Shown one piece after another: positions 61,770 to 64,000 of a DNA stretch of 64,000 bases (the stretch's first letter is position 1; the number at the start of each line of letters is the position of its first letter). The DNA is from an uncultured Chloroflexia bacterium (GTDB taxonomy: Bacteria; Chloroflexota; Limnocylindria; QHBO01). The translations under genes were made by a program, and so were the position numbers. Below the pieces are notes generated by a model that was not told where the DNA came from, did no database searches, and saw nothing but the letters and a program-made list of their open reading frames with translations. The stretch spans positions 480,001-544,000 of the forward strand of contig CAWGTN010000002.1 in assembly GCA_963825525.1 (NCBI GenBank). Direction: 5' to 3'.

Positions 61770-62978
61770 CTACGCGCTCGAGGTCTTGACTCCGAACCGT
61801 GCCCACCAGCTGCGTGTCGGCGACGGAGCCGGCTGGCTGGCCTCGCCCGCTGCCGAGATGAGGCGCGCGACGGCGTGAAGGTCATCCGAGATGCGTTCCT
61901 TGGGGAACTTCGTGACGACGGGCTTCCCCTCGTTGGCCGAGATGATGGCCTTCGGACCGTTGCTGACCACGGTGGCCGCAATCGGCAGGCCCAGGCTCTT
62001 GGCCATGTCCTCGACACGAATCCCGTGATTCGCACGATTCACGATCACTCTGATCATGTTGGCCAGGCCGAGCTCACGGGCGAGATCGAGGAACTGCGAG
62101 CTGTTGCGCAGGGATCCTACCTCCGGCGTCACGACCAGGAAGATCTCATCGGCGACGGCCAGCATGGCCATCGTTCGATCGTCGTAGCCGGGGTGGTTGT
62201 CGATGACGACGTATGAATGATGGTTCTTGGCCCAGCGCAGGGCGGCCAGGAGCAGGTCCACCGTGACGCGCTCCGACTCGGCCGGGTCGGTGCCCCAGGT
62301 GAGGACCCGAACGCCGGACTCGGCATGGGTGGCGACGCACTGGTCGAACGCGGCGTCCGTCCACTCCTCGGGCGGGCTGTCGGCGAGGTCCGCAAGCCCC
62401 ATGCGATAGGGCACTTCCAGCACCGAGGTCACGTTTCCGACGCCGACATCGGCGTCGAACAGGAGCACTTCGGACCGTGTCTGCTGGCGCAGGGCAATCG
62501 AGAGGTTCACCGAGATGGTCGTCTTCCCAACTCCGCCCTTCGGCGCGAAGACGCTCACGGCGTGGCCCTCGCCCGCGATCGGCGCGTTGGAGAGACCGTC
62601 CTCGGAAGCCCAGCCGCTCGACTCCGATGGCAGATGCTGCCCGCTGCGGATGAGCAATGCCTGGAGGCGATACACGAGGGCGTCGGCAGGCAGTGGCTTC
62701 ATGGCCAGCTCGTTCGAGGTCGTCCCGAAGCCGCGCGGGATCTCCATGCTCTCGCCCAGCATGAGGAGCACATGGATGTTGCCCTGCGCCTCGACCGTCT
62801 GGTAGATCGCCGTTGAGACCTCGGAGCCGAGGTCGCAGTCGATGACCGCCAGGTCGAAGGATCCGGCGGGAATCGTCCCATCGGCGGGCTGAACTGTGTC
62901 GAAGCCTGCACGTTCAAGTGCTTCGAGGTAATGATCGGCATCGCCCTCGACGGCGAGCAGAACCGTGGGTCGTTCCAT
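61770..62978 (-). CDS. Degenerate receiver + CpaE/MinD-type ATPase (paralog 3)
   Basis: VLLAVEGD..AVIDCD..MKPL..LVYRLQAL; FAPKGGVGKTTISVNL, FDADVGVG, VIDN, IVNRA, SANEGKPV. Confidence 0.85.
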   Translation of the reverse strand: MERPTVLLAVEGDADHYLEALERAGFDTVQPADGTIPAGSFDLAVIDCDLGSEVSTAIYQTVEAQGNIHVLLMLGESMEIPRGFGTTSNELAMKPLPADALVYRLQALLIRSGQHLPSESSGWASEDGLSNAPIAGEGHAVSVFAPKGGVGKTTISVNLSIALRQQTRSEVLLFDADVGVGNVTSVLEVPYRMGLADLADSPPEEWTDAAFDQCVATHAESGVRVLTWGTDPAESERVTVDLLLAALRWAKNHHSYVVIDNHPGYDDRTMAMLAVADEIFLVVTPEVGSLRNSSQFLDLARELGLANMIRVIVNRANHGIRVEDMAKSLGLPIAATVVSNGPKAIISANEGKPVVTKFPKERISDDLHAVARLISAAGEASQPAPSPTRSWWARFGVKTSSA

Positions 62979-63090
62979 TGCCCTTCCTTCGCGGTGGAGT
63001 GGTCCGGTGACGGATTGCACCAGTCTCCGGCGGTGCGGGGCAGTCGGCAATGGGACTCGGGCGCTGTACGGCCCACCCCAAAAGTACCGG

Positions 63091-63822
63091 TCAGGAGCCT
63101 CGGATCATGCGCATGCCGCACTTCGGGCAGTAGAAGGCGCTGGCATTGCCGGCCTCGAAGCCGCAGTGCGCGCAGGTCAGGCCAGATCGAGCGCCGATCG
63201 AAGGCAGGCGAGCCTGTTCGGCCTCGCCCAGGCTGAGGCCCGAGGCCACGACCTGCTGGTAGAGCGAGCTGAGCAGCTTCTGGCCGATGCGCTCCGTATC
63301 GCCGCGCATGCCCTTGCCGCCCCAGCCGATGACGGCCCGCACGATGAGCTCGCCGGACAGCTCATCCCAGTGCGATGCAAGGCCGCCGACGATCGCGTTG
63401 TACTCGGGATAGCCGCTCGTATCGGGGTCACCGTGCAGCAGGCCGCAGAAGAAGGTGTCGACCGTCATATCGAGCGCGTCGGTCAACTCCAGCACATAGA
63501 GCCCGTGCCGACCGATGGGGCTGACGTCGCGCCGGGCGAGGACCCATTGCTGCATCTCGTTGAAGCGCTCGATCGCCGGCGAGGCATCCGAGTACTCGAG
63601 CGGCAACGGCCCGATCACCTCGACCGGCGTCTCGCTCAACGGCTCGAGGATGCCCGGAATCGCCATGGCGACCGATGGATCGGCCCTCAATCGCAACCCG
63701 TCGCTGCTGCGAGCCACGTACGCCAGGCGCAGGAGGTATTCCTGCGCGGACACCACCTCGTGAACGGGAGTCGGCGGCGGCGGAGCGGCAGGCTCGGACT
63801 TCTTGCGCTTGAGGAACGACAT
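63091..63822 (-). CDS. Hypothetical protein with C-terminal zinc ribbon
   Basis: MSFLKRKK start with GAG RBS; C-terminal CAHCG..YCPKCG. Confidence 0.75.
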   Translation of the reverse strand: MSFLKRKKSEPAAPPPPTPVHEVVSAQEYLLRLAYVARSSDGLRLRADPSVAMAIPGILEPLSETPVEVIGPLPLEYSDASPAIERFNEMQQWVLARRDVSPIGRHGLYVLELTDALDMTVDTFFCGLLHGDPDTSGYPEYNAIVGGLASHWDELSGELIVRAVIGWGGKGMRGDTERIGQKLLSSLYQQVVASGLSLGEAEQARLPSIGARSGLTCAHCGFEAGNASAFYCPKCGMRMIRGS

Positions 63823-63906
63823 GGCAGCAACTCGAGGGGTGGAATTGGTCGGCAGGCGCTCGATTCTACCAGTCACCCCCGGCCCGCCCGCCATGGGCGG
63901 ATCGGG

Positions 63907-64000
63907 CTACTCCCGCGTCCCGCCGAGCTGGCCGCGCTGCTGCTCGAGATCGGCGAGGCGGGCTCGCTCACGCTCCACGACCGCGGCGGGTGCGCGTGCC
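63907..64000 (-). CDS. valS: Valyl-tRNA synthetase, C-terminal fragment (enters from window end)
   Basis: ARAPAAVVERERARLADLEQQ matches the ValRS C-terminal coiled-coil arm; TAG at 63907; hairpin downstream. Confidence 0.8.
   Translation of the reverse strand, partial: ARAPAAVVERERARLADLEQQRGQLGGTRE

Overview
High-GC (~70% by eye) bacterial chromosomal segment, probably Chloroflexota (inference from gene content and style; Limnocylindria-like). It runs from the 5' end of topA to the 3' end of valS. Most of it is housekeeping: dprA-comM, nfeD-SPFH, ftsH, tilS, elongator tRNA-Met, pckA, an amino-sugar cluster, a LexA-boxed MrfAB-like helicase/exonuclease pair, ychF, murI, a UvrD-nuclease fusion, rarA, MoxR-DUF58-transglutaminase and fhaA-fhaB-rodA-pbpA. 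Many genes carry single-base frameshifts, densest at 4.8-10.2 kb, most likely long-read errors. I found no CRISPR array, transposase or integrase. The most unusual signals are: (1) a family of ~180-bp intergenic inverted-repeat elements at three loci, built on CGAT-N2-ATCG-like palindromes with conserved ~51/64/50-bp spacing despite diverged sequence, one copy disrupted by a 13-bp tandem array; (2) a dispersed Tad/Flp-related set (three receiver-CpaE paralogs with different Walker A motifs, a lower-GC TadE-TadE-TadG cassette, Zn-ribbon proteins) that may share an upstream GTAC-N4 motif; (3) an N-terminally truncated DnaB-like ATPase paired with a J-domain protein; (4) a stand-alone SelB C-terminal winged-helix protein; (5) apparent CTG starts and several leaderless genes.
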